A stretch of 24,000 nt of DNA from Planctomycetaceae bacterium (GTDB lineage Bacteria > Planctomycetota > Phycisphaerae > UBA1845 > UTPLA1), in the NCBI GenBank assembly GCA_006969385.1, contig CP030884.1, positions 3,938,249 to 3,962,248 of the forward strand, read 5' to 3'. The notes under the pieces are model-generated. The model did not search any database, was not told the DNA's origin, and was given only the letters and a program-made list of their open reading frames with translations. Shown piece by piece: positions 6,229 through 13,638 of this stretch; position 1 is the first letter of the stretch; every line of letters begins with the position of its first letter. Position numbers and translations under genes: made by a program.

Positions 6229-8439
6229 ATGTTTCCGAATTCGAAGCCAAGCCGGTTGCCTTGTTTAATGCCGATCGGTCGCCGATTTATTGCGTTTTTT
6301 GCGGTCTTGGTGCCGATGGCCGTTTTCGGCTGTGGCGATGGCGCGTCCTCATTTCCGAATCTGATCGGGGACGTGGTGATTGAAGGCCGCGTCCGAGATA
6401 GCAGCGGCTTCGGGATTCCGGGCGTAATTGTGGCGGCCAGCGGCGTGCGCGAGGCCGGCGTGACGGACCCGGCGGGTCGTTATCAATTGGCGGTTCCGGG
6501 CGGTTGGTCGGGGACGATTCGGCCGCAAAAACAAGATTTTGTGTTTTCGCCAACGGAAAAACTGATGGATGCCGCAGGGCAAGATGGCGTCGATTTCGTA
6601 GCAACGATGCGCTCGACGCCCACGACATACAATGGCCATCAAGTCGATTTATGCGGCGACCCGAATTCGAGTGAAAGCGCCGCTACGTCTGAGTTGATTA
6701 TCGAAGCGCCGCCGGTCGTGCGTATTTCCAACGGTGGCTCGTCGGCGCAGGTGCGCTTGGATGGTTCGGGAAGCCGCTTGCCCGATGGCAGTCGCATCGA
6801 ATGGCGCAATGGCGGCGTGCCGATTGCGTTTGATTTGACGGCAACCGTCGATTTGCCAGTGGGCCGTCATGATGTGGAGTTGGTGTCGATTCAGCCGAAC
6901 GGCACGGAGCGCTCGCGGTCGGTAATTATCAACGTGATTACGGAAGGGCCGCAGACGATTTACGTCGATGCGGATCATCCGTCGGCAAACGATGGTAATA
7001 CGGGCACGGCCGACACACCGCTGGCCACGATACAAGCGGGCGTGGATAAGGCGCGAGCGGGTGATGTCGTCGTGGTGCGCTCGGGAACATATTACCGAAA
7101 TCATCCGTCGGTGAATCGACCGGTGGTGCTGATGGAGAATCGACACGGTACGGCGGAGCAGCCGATCACGATCACCGCCGATACGGGCGCGATGCCGCGC
7201 GTGACGGGCATGCGACCGGGGGCGGAACGCGGTAATACGGGCTGGCGCATCGTCGATTCGTCGTGGATTGTGATCAACGGTTTTCGGTTTGAGAACTTGA
7301 ACGGTGTCGGGTTGGATATCGAAGCGAGTTCACCGGGGGCGACGCATCATATCGACGTGTTGGAATGCAGTGCCGAGCGCTGCAGCCAAGGACCGAACAC
7401 ATTTGTCGGTGCGCTGCGCGCCGTGGGGCCGGTGCGGAACGTCTCGTTCAAGAACTGTATGATCTCCAATAGCAGTAGCGGCATCGTGTTGCGCGAAGCG
7501 CCGGTGCAAACGCGCGAAACGGCAGCCGTGCCGCCCAAGGCGGGCAACAACGCGCCGGGTGCGCCGGGCGGGCGGTACAGCAGCGACTTGGCCGAGTCGG
7601 CCTGGGCCGATTGGTGCGGGTGGGATCAGATCGCGCCGAAACATTGTGTTATCGAGAATTGTCTGAGCTTTAACAACCGCCAAGTGCCCGAACATAGCGA
7701 TGGCTTCGGCACGCGCTACGCGACGCACTGCATCATCAAAGACAACATCGCTTTCGGTAATGCCGACGACAACTTCGACCTGCTGGGCGGCACGCACTTA
7801 ACGGTGACAGGTAATATTGCGTTTAACGGCAATCCGGAAAACACGGAGGCGGGCGACGGCAATGGGATAAAGGTCGGTGTGCGCGGCGGCTTGGATTGTT
7901 TGGTCGCATTTAACATTTCGTTCGACAACCGCCGCATGGGGTTGGACATGGGCGATACCGAGCGCGGGCGCGTGTTTCATAACACGATCGTAAATAATGG
8001 TGCCGGCCATCCGAACGGATTCGGCATGTGGTTCGAGGGCGGGCGCTCAAGTGCGGGCCATCAGGTGATGTTTAACATCTTGCAGGGCAACGGGCTAAAC
8101 ACGTCGCGCGGTGATTACGGCGCGGCGCGGCACGTGAGCTTCGCGGCCAGCGATTACAACAGCATGAGCGATAGCCACAGCCATAACTTCGCCGGTCCGA
8201 GCGGTAGCCACGATCGCGTGGGGGACAATGTTGAATTTGTCGCCGGGGATGCCGCGGTAAGCCCCGTCTTTGTTGAGGGGATGTCGATTGCACAACGCAT
8301 CAATCTGGTGCGGCAGCAAGTGCGCAACAAATTTATGCTCGCGCCGGGCAGCCCCTTACGCGGATCGGCGACGGTGGTTGGTGGCGTGAATGACGGCGTG
8401 ACGAGGCCGGGGGGAAATTGGGGCGCGGTGCAGGAGTAA
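6229..8439 (+). CDS. Right-handed parallel beta-helix repeat lipoprotein (pectate-lyase fold) with N-terminal carboxypeptidase-regulatory-like and PKD/Ig-like domains
   Basis: The track gives a TTG start at 6106. I prefer ATG 6229, which is preceded by GGGAGG (6219..6224); ATG 6268 is an alternative. Signal plus lipobox: MFPNSKPSRLPCLMPIGRRFIAFFAVLVPMAVFG|C. CarboxypepD_reg-like: IEGRVRDSSGFGIPGVIVAASGVREAGVTDPAGRYQLAVPGG. Beta-helix cap: IYVDADHPSANDGNTGTADTPLATIQAGVDKARAGDVVVVRSGTYY. PbH1-type turns: NIAFGNADDNFDL, GNIAFNGNPEN, NISFDNRRMGLDM, HNTIVNNG. Confidence 0.85.
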   Translation: MFPNSKPSRLPCLMPIGRRFIAFFAVLVPMAVFGCGDGASSFPNLIGDVVIEGRVRDSSGFGIPGVIVAASGVREAGVTDPAGRYQLAVPGGWSGTIRPQKQDFVFSPTEKLMDAAGQDGVDFVATMRSTPTTYNGHQVDLCGDPNSSESAATSELIIEAPPVVRISNGGSSAQVRLDGSGSRLPDGSRIEWRNGGVPIAFDLTATVDLPVGRHDVELVSIQPNGTERSRSVIINVITEGPQTIYVDADHPSANDGNTGTADTPLATIQAGVDKARAGDVVVVRSGTYYRNHPSVNRPVVLMENRHGTAEQPITITADTGAMPRVTGMRPGAERGNTGWRIVDSSWIVINGFRFENLNGVGLDIEASSPGATHHIDVLECSAERCSQGPNTFVGALRAVGPVRNVSFKNCMISNSSSGIVLREAPVQTRETAAVPPKAGNNAPGAPGGRYSSDLAESAWADWCGWDQIAPKHCVIENCLSFNNRQVPEHSDGFGTRYATHCIIKDNIAFGNADDNFDLLGGTHLTVTGNIAFNGNPENTEAGDGNGIKVGVRGGLDCLVAFNISFDNRRMGLDMGDTERGRVFHNTIVNNGAGHPNGFGMWFEGGRSSAGHQVMFNILQGNGLNTSRGDYGAARHVSFAASDYNSMSDSHSHNFAGPSGSHDRVGDNVEFVAGDAAVSPVFVEGMSIAQRINLVRQQVRNKFMLAPGSPLRGSATVVGGVNDGVTRPGGNWGAVQE

Positions 8440-8643
8440 TACCGATTCCACTTTCATATTGCGCCGCATCGGAATGGGGCTCAAAGGAACGCCGTGAGTC
8501 ATTTGCGTCTCAGCGGAATGCAGTCTTCCCTGCCTAAAGCGCGGTTTGAAACTGGAATCCGTATAATCTACATTTTTTGGGGTGCGCTCGAATCTCATTC
8601 CCTTCGTCCCGCTGGGACGCGATAACTTCAATTGTCATGAACA

Positions 8644-8663
8644 CCCAGCAGTGAACTGCTGGG
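8644..8663. other. Perfect 8-bp stem / 4-nt loop hairpin (cccagcag-tgaa-ctgctggg) in the convergent spacer; function unknown
   Basis: Read directly: 8644..8651 pairs with 8656..8663. No adjacent U/T tract on either strand, so it is not a canonical intrinsic terminator. Confidence 0.4.
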
Positions 8664-8982
8664 CTATTGTCGATGCTTCCCTACCGGGATGCGAAGATTT
8701 TTCTTTCGGTACGCCGCGATCATTCTTTCGTTCACGTCAATCCAATGCTTAAAGCAATGGGTGGGGAGCGATGATGGACGCCGGCTGGGGGGACGGCGCG
8801 GACGCCCATGCATCGCATCCCCATCATTAAAAAGGAGAAGCGTTGCGGCGCCACCCGCGCAACGATCATCGAATTGCTAGCCGACAGTTGCCTGGGTACA
8901 TATCCGCCGTCTGTTTCGGAGCGCGTTGGAGGCGCACGCGCCGAACACTTGCCGCCTTGGGCCGCGGCACGACGGACCGACG

Positions 8983-9615
8983 TCAATCCGCAAAGGCATG
9001 GGCAGATTCGTTGCCCTGCAGATCCGCCCATTGCACTGCGATGAGGATGACCGAGAAGGCCAACACCCCCGCAGGTAGGGCGAAGTCGTAACTCGTGGTG
9101 AGCGAACTGATAGCTGCACCGACGCCGTTGGTCGGGTGGGCCGCAAGAATCGCTAAGGCAGCCGTAATGAGACAGCCGCCGTGAAGGCCGGTGACGAGCA
9201 CCGTCGTCTGACGGTACATCGTGAGGCCGAGTGCCATGCATAGGCCGGCACCGCAAATCGCGCTACCGATGCGTATCTCGAGCACCGGCGTGAGATCGAC
9301 CACCACGATCAACGTCGCGAGAAAGCCGATGACGCCGAAAAAGCCGAGCGCTGCGCGTTTCTCGAAGAGCCACGCACAAATCGGTAGCACCAATAACACG
9401 GAAATGCTTAAGACGATCGGTGGAATGGGTAAGGCATCGCGAAAGGCGCTGTCATGCGACGCGAACGCCAAAAGGCCCGCCAGTACGATCGTGTCGAGCA
9501 AGATCAGCAAGCGCACGATGCGCCAGCCGAAGAAGCCATACACGCAACCGGCCAGCGCGAGTAAAACCGCAAACCCGGTACCCAGATGGGCAAAATATTG
9601 AGTGATGTATTGCAC
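8983..9615 (-). CDS. Uncharacterised polytopic inner-membrane protein (about 6-7 TM), last gene of the dcw-strand run
   Basis: 210-aa ORF with a GTG start at 9615..9613, preceded by GAGAGGAAG. Hydrophobic segments: GTGFAVLLALAGCVYGFFGW, LLILLDTIVLAGLLAFA, IVLSISVLLVLPICAWLF, LGFFGVIGFLATLIVVV, GSAICGAGLCMALGLTMY, VLVTGLHGGCLITAALAILAA, LPAGVLAFSVILIAVQW. No family identified with confidence; the topology loosely recalls DUF4203/TMEM198-like proteins. Confidence 0.7.
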   Translation of the reverse strand: MQYITQYFAHLGTGFAVLLALAGCVYGFFGWRIVRLLILLDTIVLAGLLAFASHDSAFRDALPIPPIVLSISVLLVLPICAWLFEKRAALGFFGVIGFLATLIVVVDLTPVLEIRIGSAICGAGLCMALGLTMYRQTTVLVTGLHGGCLITAALAILAAHPTNGVGAAISSLTTSYDFALPAGVLAFSVILIAVQWADLQGNESAHAFAD

Positions 9616-9691
9616 GGGTCTTCCTCTCGTTGCGCCGCCAGATGCAAGCGAGGTTCACCATGCCTCCTAATCCTTACACGTTGAATAAAAC

Positions 9692-10552
9692 TTACGATCC
9701 AGAATCGTCGCCGTCCGAGGAAGGCAGGATTTTTTTCGGGAAACGCGCTTCCTTGGCCTGCCATATCAGACCCACGATCCAAAGCCCGAGAACAACGTAA
9801 GCGGGGACGTGCGGTTGGGCGAAGATCGCATCGCGCATATCGGGCCATTTGCAGCAAATCAGGGTGCAGCCCGCCAGCACGGATAGGTTGGCCCCGAGAA
9901 AGCCGAGCCAAAGGATGGCAAACGTTTGCAGCGCCCAATAGGCAAGCGCCGCGCCGAGGACAGCGGCGGAGATGGGCAGTATCCACGCGAAGAAATCGAA
10001 ATCGCGCACCGTCGCGGCGATGTTCTCACCGATACGCGACAGTTGCGTGCGCCAATCGGGGTTCTGATTGTTTTGCTGTTGTTCCGGCGTGGGCAATTGA
10101 ATGCGTGCCTTCTCAACGTCGACGGGCCCGTTCATTTGCTCGGGCTGCGGCAGGTACGAGCTGAGATCGCCGCGACCGAGCTGCAGCGTTAGACCGATTG
10201 CAAATAGTACGACGACCGAGCCGGTGGCGAGCCAGAGTTTGTATGTTTTGTAAGCCAGTGCCGTAGAGGCGATGGACGTTATGGCAATCGTGATTGGGCC
10301 GGGCAGGCCGAACGCGTTAGACAGGTAATACCCGACGTAGCCGCCGAACAGCAGCGCGAAGGCCATTACGATTTGGCGCTCGAACTTACCACCGCGAAAG
10401 ACGAGACCGATTCCGAGACCGACCGCGAAGAGGGCACCGACGATCACTTCAGGCGTGGCCGCGATGGGCGGCACGCAGTGCTCCATCAGTTGGCGGAACG
10501 CCTCGATCCAACGTTCGCTTGCGTTTTCGGTGGTCGTTTGTGCGAGCAACAT
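9692..10552 (-). CDS. Uncharacterised polytopic inner-membrane protein (about 7 TM) with a central Gln/Asn/Pro-rich loop; sits immediately after ftsQ-like
   Basis: 286-aa ORF, ATG at 10552, weak RBS. TM candidates: VIVGALFAVGLGIGLVF, IVMAFALLFGGYVGYYL, ITIAITSIASTALAY, LWLATGSVVVLFAIGLTL, FFAWILPISAAVLGAALAYWAL, FAILWLGFLGANLSVLAGCTLICC, AYVVLGLWIVGLIWQA. Soluble loop at aa 126-186 (9995..10177): ...LPQPEQMNGPVDVEKARIQLPTPEQQQNNQNPDW... Confidence 0.7.
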   Translation of the reverse strand: MLLAQTTTENASERWIEAFRQLMEHCVPPIAATPEVIVGALFAVGLGIGLVFRGGKFERQIVMAFALLFGGYVGYYLSNAFGLPGPITIAITSIASTALAYKTYKLWLATGSVVVLFAIGLTLQLGRGDLSSYLPQPEQMNGPVDVEKARIQLPTPEQQQNNQNPDWRTQLSRIGENIAATVRDFDFFAWILPISAAVLGAALAYWALQTFAILWLGFLGANLSVLAGCTLICCKWPDMRDAIFAQPHVPAYVVLGLWIVGLIWQAKEARFPKKILPSSDGDDSGS

Positions 10553-10685
10553 TCCATTGATCCAATCGTGGGGCCGACGCCGGCCCCGCGTGGGAGATTA
10601 TATGGTAAACGCAGGAGATGGCTGCGGCTCTCGCCGTGGATATTGCCTTGACGACCGAATGTCGGCGGCGACGCAGTTACCCGGA

Positions 10686-11660
10686 TTAGTGCGTGCCCGC
10701 CGCATAATTGGGGCCGGCCGTCTGGATCGAATCGCTGAACGAGCGGATATCGACGAACGGGCGATTGATGTCGATGCGACCGTAATGGTCGTAAAGCCGC
10801 CGCAAGAGGGCGAGTTTTTGCCCGGCCGAGTTCTCGACCCCCATCTCTTCATGCGGCGCACGGCCCCACCAAATGCGCGAACCGGGGCGGTCCGTTGCGA
10901 TGACCAGATGCGGCTGTGTCTGCGTGATGCGACCCTGATAATTCTCCACGTTGATGCTGGCGACCTGATCGCGATAAGGCTGGCGCAGCAACATGCGGGT
11001 GAGTTCGAGCCCGGTTTGCAAATCTTCGCCGGGCCAGTAATGGCCCACGACGGGCTCGGGGGCCTCAACGCCGCGAATGAGAATGCCCACGGGCGGCGAC
11101 CATTGACTGACGCGATATTGCCCCGGCAGACGGATGCCTTCGTCATCGACGCGATAGAAGTACTCGCCCCAACTCACGAATGCGCGCGGATAGCGGAACG
11201 TGCAGTTGACGCTGATGCGGCCGTTGGGGCGCACGATGACGCGATTGACCTTCTTGATCCAAGCGATCTCATCGACCGAGCGCGGACCGGTTTGGCTGAG
11301 CGTGCTCGCGATGCGCTGGGCCAGCGAATCGTCTAGCACGCGGTCGTTGGCCGTAAGCGCGATAGCACTTTCGAGGCCGCGAAAGACCGAGTCGTAGGAA
11401 TCGGCCTGCAAAAAGGGCGGCACGTCCTCCCAATCAATCCAGAGTTCCACCCGCTCGAAATGCGTTAGACGATGAACGTGGCTGCGCAGACTGTAAAGCC
11501 CCCATATGCAACCGGCACCGACGGCGCTGACGAGCAACGCCACCAGCGCCGCCCGCCGAACGGGGCGATAGTCTTCCGATGCCAGTCGCGCGACAATCTC
11601 AAACGCGGCGGGCGGGTCGGACGCCTTCTTCTTGTTTCGTTTCTTTTTAGCCGCCGGCAA
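10686..11660 (-). CDS. ftsQ: FtsQ-like bitopic cell-division protein (polybasic N-terminus, one TM, POTRA-like plus FtsQ-type periplasmic domain)
   Basis: 324 aa, TTG start at 11660 preceded by GGGAGGAAG 8 nt upstream. MPAAKKKRNKKK, then TM AALVALLVSAVGAGCIWGLY. The segment IAWIKKVNRVIVRPNGRISVNCTFRYPRAFVSWGEYFYRVDDEGIRL fits the POTRA/FtsQ pattern (PW[IV]..a.V.R..P..l.[IV]...R.P.A.......vD..G). Lies directly after ddl, as in dcw clusters. Sequence is divergent, hence moderate confidence. Confidence 0.6.
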   Translation of the reverse strand: MPAAKKKRNKKKASDPPAAFEIVARLASEDYRPVRRAALVALLVSAVGAGCIWGLYSLRSHVHRLTHFERVELWIDWEDVPPFLQADSYDSVFRGLESAIALTANDRVLDDSLAQRIASTLSQTGPRSVDEIAWIKKVNRVIVRPNGRISVNCTFRYPRAFVSWGEYFYRVDDEGIRLPGQYRVSQWSPPVGILIRGVEAPEPVVGHYWPGEDLQTGLELTRMLLRQPYRDQVASINVENYQGRITQTQPHLVIATDRPGSRIWWGRAPHEEMGVENSAGQKLALLRRLYDHYGRIDINRPFVDIRSFSDSIQTAGPNYAAGTH

Positions 11661-11706
11661 CGGTCGGACTTCCTCCCAGGCGATTGGCTGTTATTGCTGC
11701 GCGACG

Positions 11707-12693
11707 TTACTGGCCTTTGAGCGCGGCAAAGCGCCGGTCGATGGCCATGTTGACGATGCGCAGGCATAAATCCGCCATCTCGATGCCGGCATGGGCTGCG
11801 GCCTTGGGAAGCAGCGAATGGGACGTCAGGCCGGGAATCACGTTGATTTCCAGCAGGCGTGCATCGCCGATTTGATCGTCCACACGCCAATCGACGCGGG
11901 AAAAATCGCGACAGCCGAGCAATTTGTGCGCCGCCAAGCTCCAATCGACGATGCGGCGCTGCAGGTCATCGGGCAGATCGATGTCGAATCCGTACTCTGT
12001 ATCTTCATCGACATATTTGGCCTCATAATCGTAGAAGTCCCGCTTGGTGCGGATTTCGATCATGGGAAGCGCCGTTTCGCCGAGGATGGAGACCGTGATT
12101 TCCTTGCCGGGCACGAACTGCTCGATCAGGCATTGGTCGTATTTTTCGAGTGTGAGTTCGAGAGCGGGCCGCAACTGAGTGACGTCGCGGACAATGTGAC
12201 AATAGAGGCTGCTGCCCTCAGCAACGGGTTTGACGACGACGGGCAGATTCCAGGCAGCCATCGCTTCGCGGATGTTGCCTTTGGTGACGACGGCGTAGCG
12301 GGCCGTGGGGATGCCGGCCTCCAGGAATTTGGCTTTGGCGGCGGCTTTGTTCATGGCGAGTGCGCAACAGTCAGGCCCCGAGCCAGTGTAGGCGAGACCG
12401 CGCTGGTGGAGAATGCGCTGAACCTGCCCGTCTTCGCCGAACGTACCGTGCAAAGCGATGAAGACGCAGTCGACATCGCGGGCAAGGGCACCGAGATCGT
12501 CCGGCGCGATGTCATCGACGGCGACGTCATGGCCGCGACTGAGCAGGGCGTCAGCGACGGCACGGCCGCTATTCAGGCTGACGTCGCGTTCGCCACCGGG
12601 CCCGCCGGCAAGAACGGTGATCGTGAGTTTGTCGGTAGCGCGCCGCGACCGAATCGAGGGTTGGGCGGCGTTGGTATTGGTGTGGGCGTCCAT
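11707..12693 (-). CDS. ddl: D-alanine--D-alanine ligase
   Basis: 328 aa. ITVLAGGPGGERDVSLNSG; FIALHGTFGEDGQVQRILHQRGLAYTGSG; PVVVKPVAEGSSL; LLEINVIPGLTSHSLLPKAAAHAGI. ATG 12693 with GAGGAAG 9 nt upstream. Confidence 0.9.
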   Translation of the reverse strand: MDAHTNTNAAQPSIRSRRATDKLTITVLAGGPGGERDVSLNSGRAVADALLSRGHDVAVDDIAPDDLGALARDVDCVFIALHGTFGEDGQVQRILHQRGLAYTGSGPDCCALAMNKAAAKAKFLEAGIPTARYAVVTKGNIREAMAAWNLPVVVKPVAEGSSLYCHIVRDVTQLRPALELTLEKYDQCLIEQFVPGKEITVSILGETALPMIEIRTKRDFYDYEAKYVDEDTEYGFDIDLPDDLQRRIVDWSLAAHKLLGCRDFSRVDWRVDDQIGDARLLEINVIPGLTSHSLLPKAAAHAGIEMADLCLRIVNMAIDRRFAALKGQ

Positions 12694-12738
12694 GCTATGC
12701 AGCTTCCTCGCGCCTCCGAGCGCGGTGGCGTATGGCGG

Positions 12739-13638
12739 TTACCAAATCTTGACTTCGGGCTCGAGTTCGACACCAGAGCTTTCAAATACGCGCGTGCGAA
12801 TCGTTTGGATCAATTCGCGCACGTCGCGCGCCGATCCACCACGATCGGCCATGGCGAAGTTGGCGTGTTGCTCGCTGACGAAAGCACTACCGATGCGAAA
12901 ACCCTTGAGGCCCGCGCGGTCGATGATGCGCCCGGCCGAGTCACCTTCGGGATTGCGAAAGATGCAACCGGCACTGTGGCCCGACATGGCGGGTTGGGTT
13001 TGCTGTTTGTAATCCCAAATCTCGCGGTAGCGTTGCTTGAGCGCGTCGGAGTCGGTCGGCGCAAGCTCGAATCGAACGCCGACAACAAACCGTTCGCCGA
13101 TGTCGCTTTGGCGATAGGCAAACCCCATGCGGTCGTGTTCGATCGTTTCGATGTCGCCGTTACTGTTCATCAGTTCGACGCTGCGCACGGCCATGGCGAT
13201 GTCGCCATACTTTCCGCCGCAGTTCATCGCGATGCCGCCGCCGACGGTGCCGGGGATGCCGGCGAGTTGTTCGAGACCGGCCATGCCGGCGCGCACGGCG
13301 GCGCGGGTGAGTTCGGTCATATCGACGCCGCCACCGGCATATCCGGCGTCGATGTCGAAAGAAGCAAAGTCCCCTTGGTCGAGGCGCAACACGACACCGC
13401 GCACACCTTCGTCGGGTACGAGCAGATTGGCACCGAGGCCGAAGATGCGCAGTGGCATGTCGGCGGCGCGGGCCGCGCGAATGACGGCCCGGAGTTCGTC
13501 GACGTTGCGGGGACGAATGAGATACTCCGCCGGGCCGCCGAGGCGAAACCACGTGAGCGGCGCCAGCGGCACATCGCGCGCGACGATCTCAGGCGGCAAG
13601 TCGGTGAAGCAGGTCATCGGTAACTTTCCACACATCAC
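12739..13638 (-). CDS. murB: UDP-N-acetylenolpyruvoylglucosamine reductase
   Basis: 299 aa. FRLGGPAEYLIRP; LRIFGLGANLLVPDEGVRGVVLRL; GIPGTVGGGIAMNCGGKYG; GCIFRNPEGDSAGRIIDRAGLKGFRIGSAFVSEQHANF. The start is either ATG 13638 or ATG 13617 (MTCFTDLPP...). Both overlap the murC 3' end. Confidence 0.9.
   Translation of the reverse strand: MMCGKLPMTCFTDLPPEIVARDVPLAPLTWFRLGGPAEYLIRPRNVDELRAVIRAARAADMPLRIFGLGANLLVPDEGVRGVVLRLDQGDFASFDIDAGYAGGGVDMTELTRAAVRAGMAGLEQLAGIPGTVGGGIAMNCGGKYGDIAMAVRSVELMNSNGDIETIEHDRMGFAYRQSDIGERFVVGVRFELAPTDSDALKQRYREIWDYKQQTQPAMSGHSAGCIFRNPEGDSAGRIIDRAGLKGFRIGSAFVSEQHANFAMADRGGSARDVRELIQTIRTRVFESSGVELEPEVKIW

Noticed and set aside
6280-6300. Possible twin-arginine (Tat) motif, GRRFIAFF, in the beta-helix lipoprotein signal peptide.
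   Set aside because: Only a partial match to S/T-R-R-x-F-L-K. It cannot be distinguished from an ordinary Sec/SPII signal by eye.
8560-8640. Possible tRNA (a TCGAATC-like string near 8589..8595).
   Set aside because: I could not build a T-arm, acceptor stem or anticodon arm on either strand.
8356-8880. ORFs 8356..8631 (-, 91 aa) and 8689..8880 (+, 63 aa) in the spacer.
   Set aside because: The first overlaps the end of the beta-helix gene on the opposite strand. Both have basic, low-complexity products and lack an RBS.
8808-9091. Small + strand ORFs in the spacer: 8808..9044 (78 aa) and 8843..9091 (82 aa). The latter has a textbook AAGGAG (8832..8837) 5 nt before its TTG start.
   Set aside because: The products are very Arg-rich and both ORFs run antisense into the 3' end of the 210-aa membrane gene. 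No recognisable fold or motif. The SD-like sequence is eye-catching but not sufficient; worth a glance in ribosome-profiling data only.
10455-11336. 293-aa + strand ORF. Likewise 13127..14149, 15038..15655, 19214..19831, 20064..20696 and 16847..17365 on the + strand.
   Set aside because: All are antisense to well-supported dcw genes and have no motifs of their own.
11791-13623. 610-aa + strand ORF, the longest + strand ORF in the dcw region.
   Set aside because: It is antisense to ddl, murB and the 3' end of murC, all of which carry unmistakable catalytic motifs. The product is Asp/Gly/Ala/Arg-rich with no motif: a shadow ORF.
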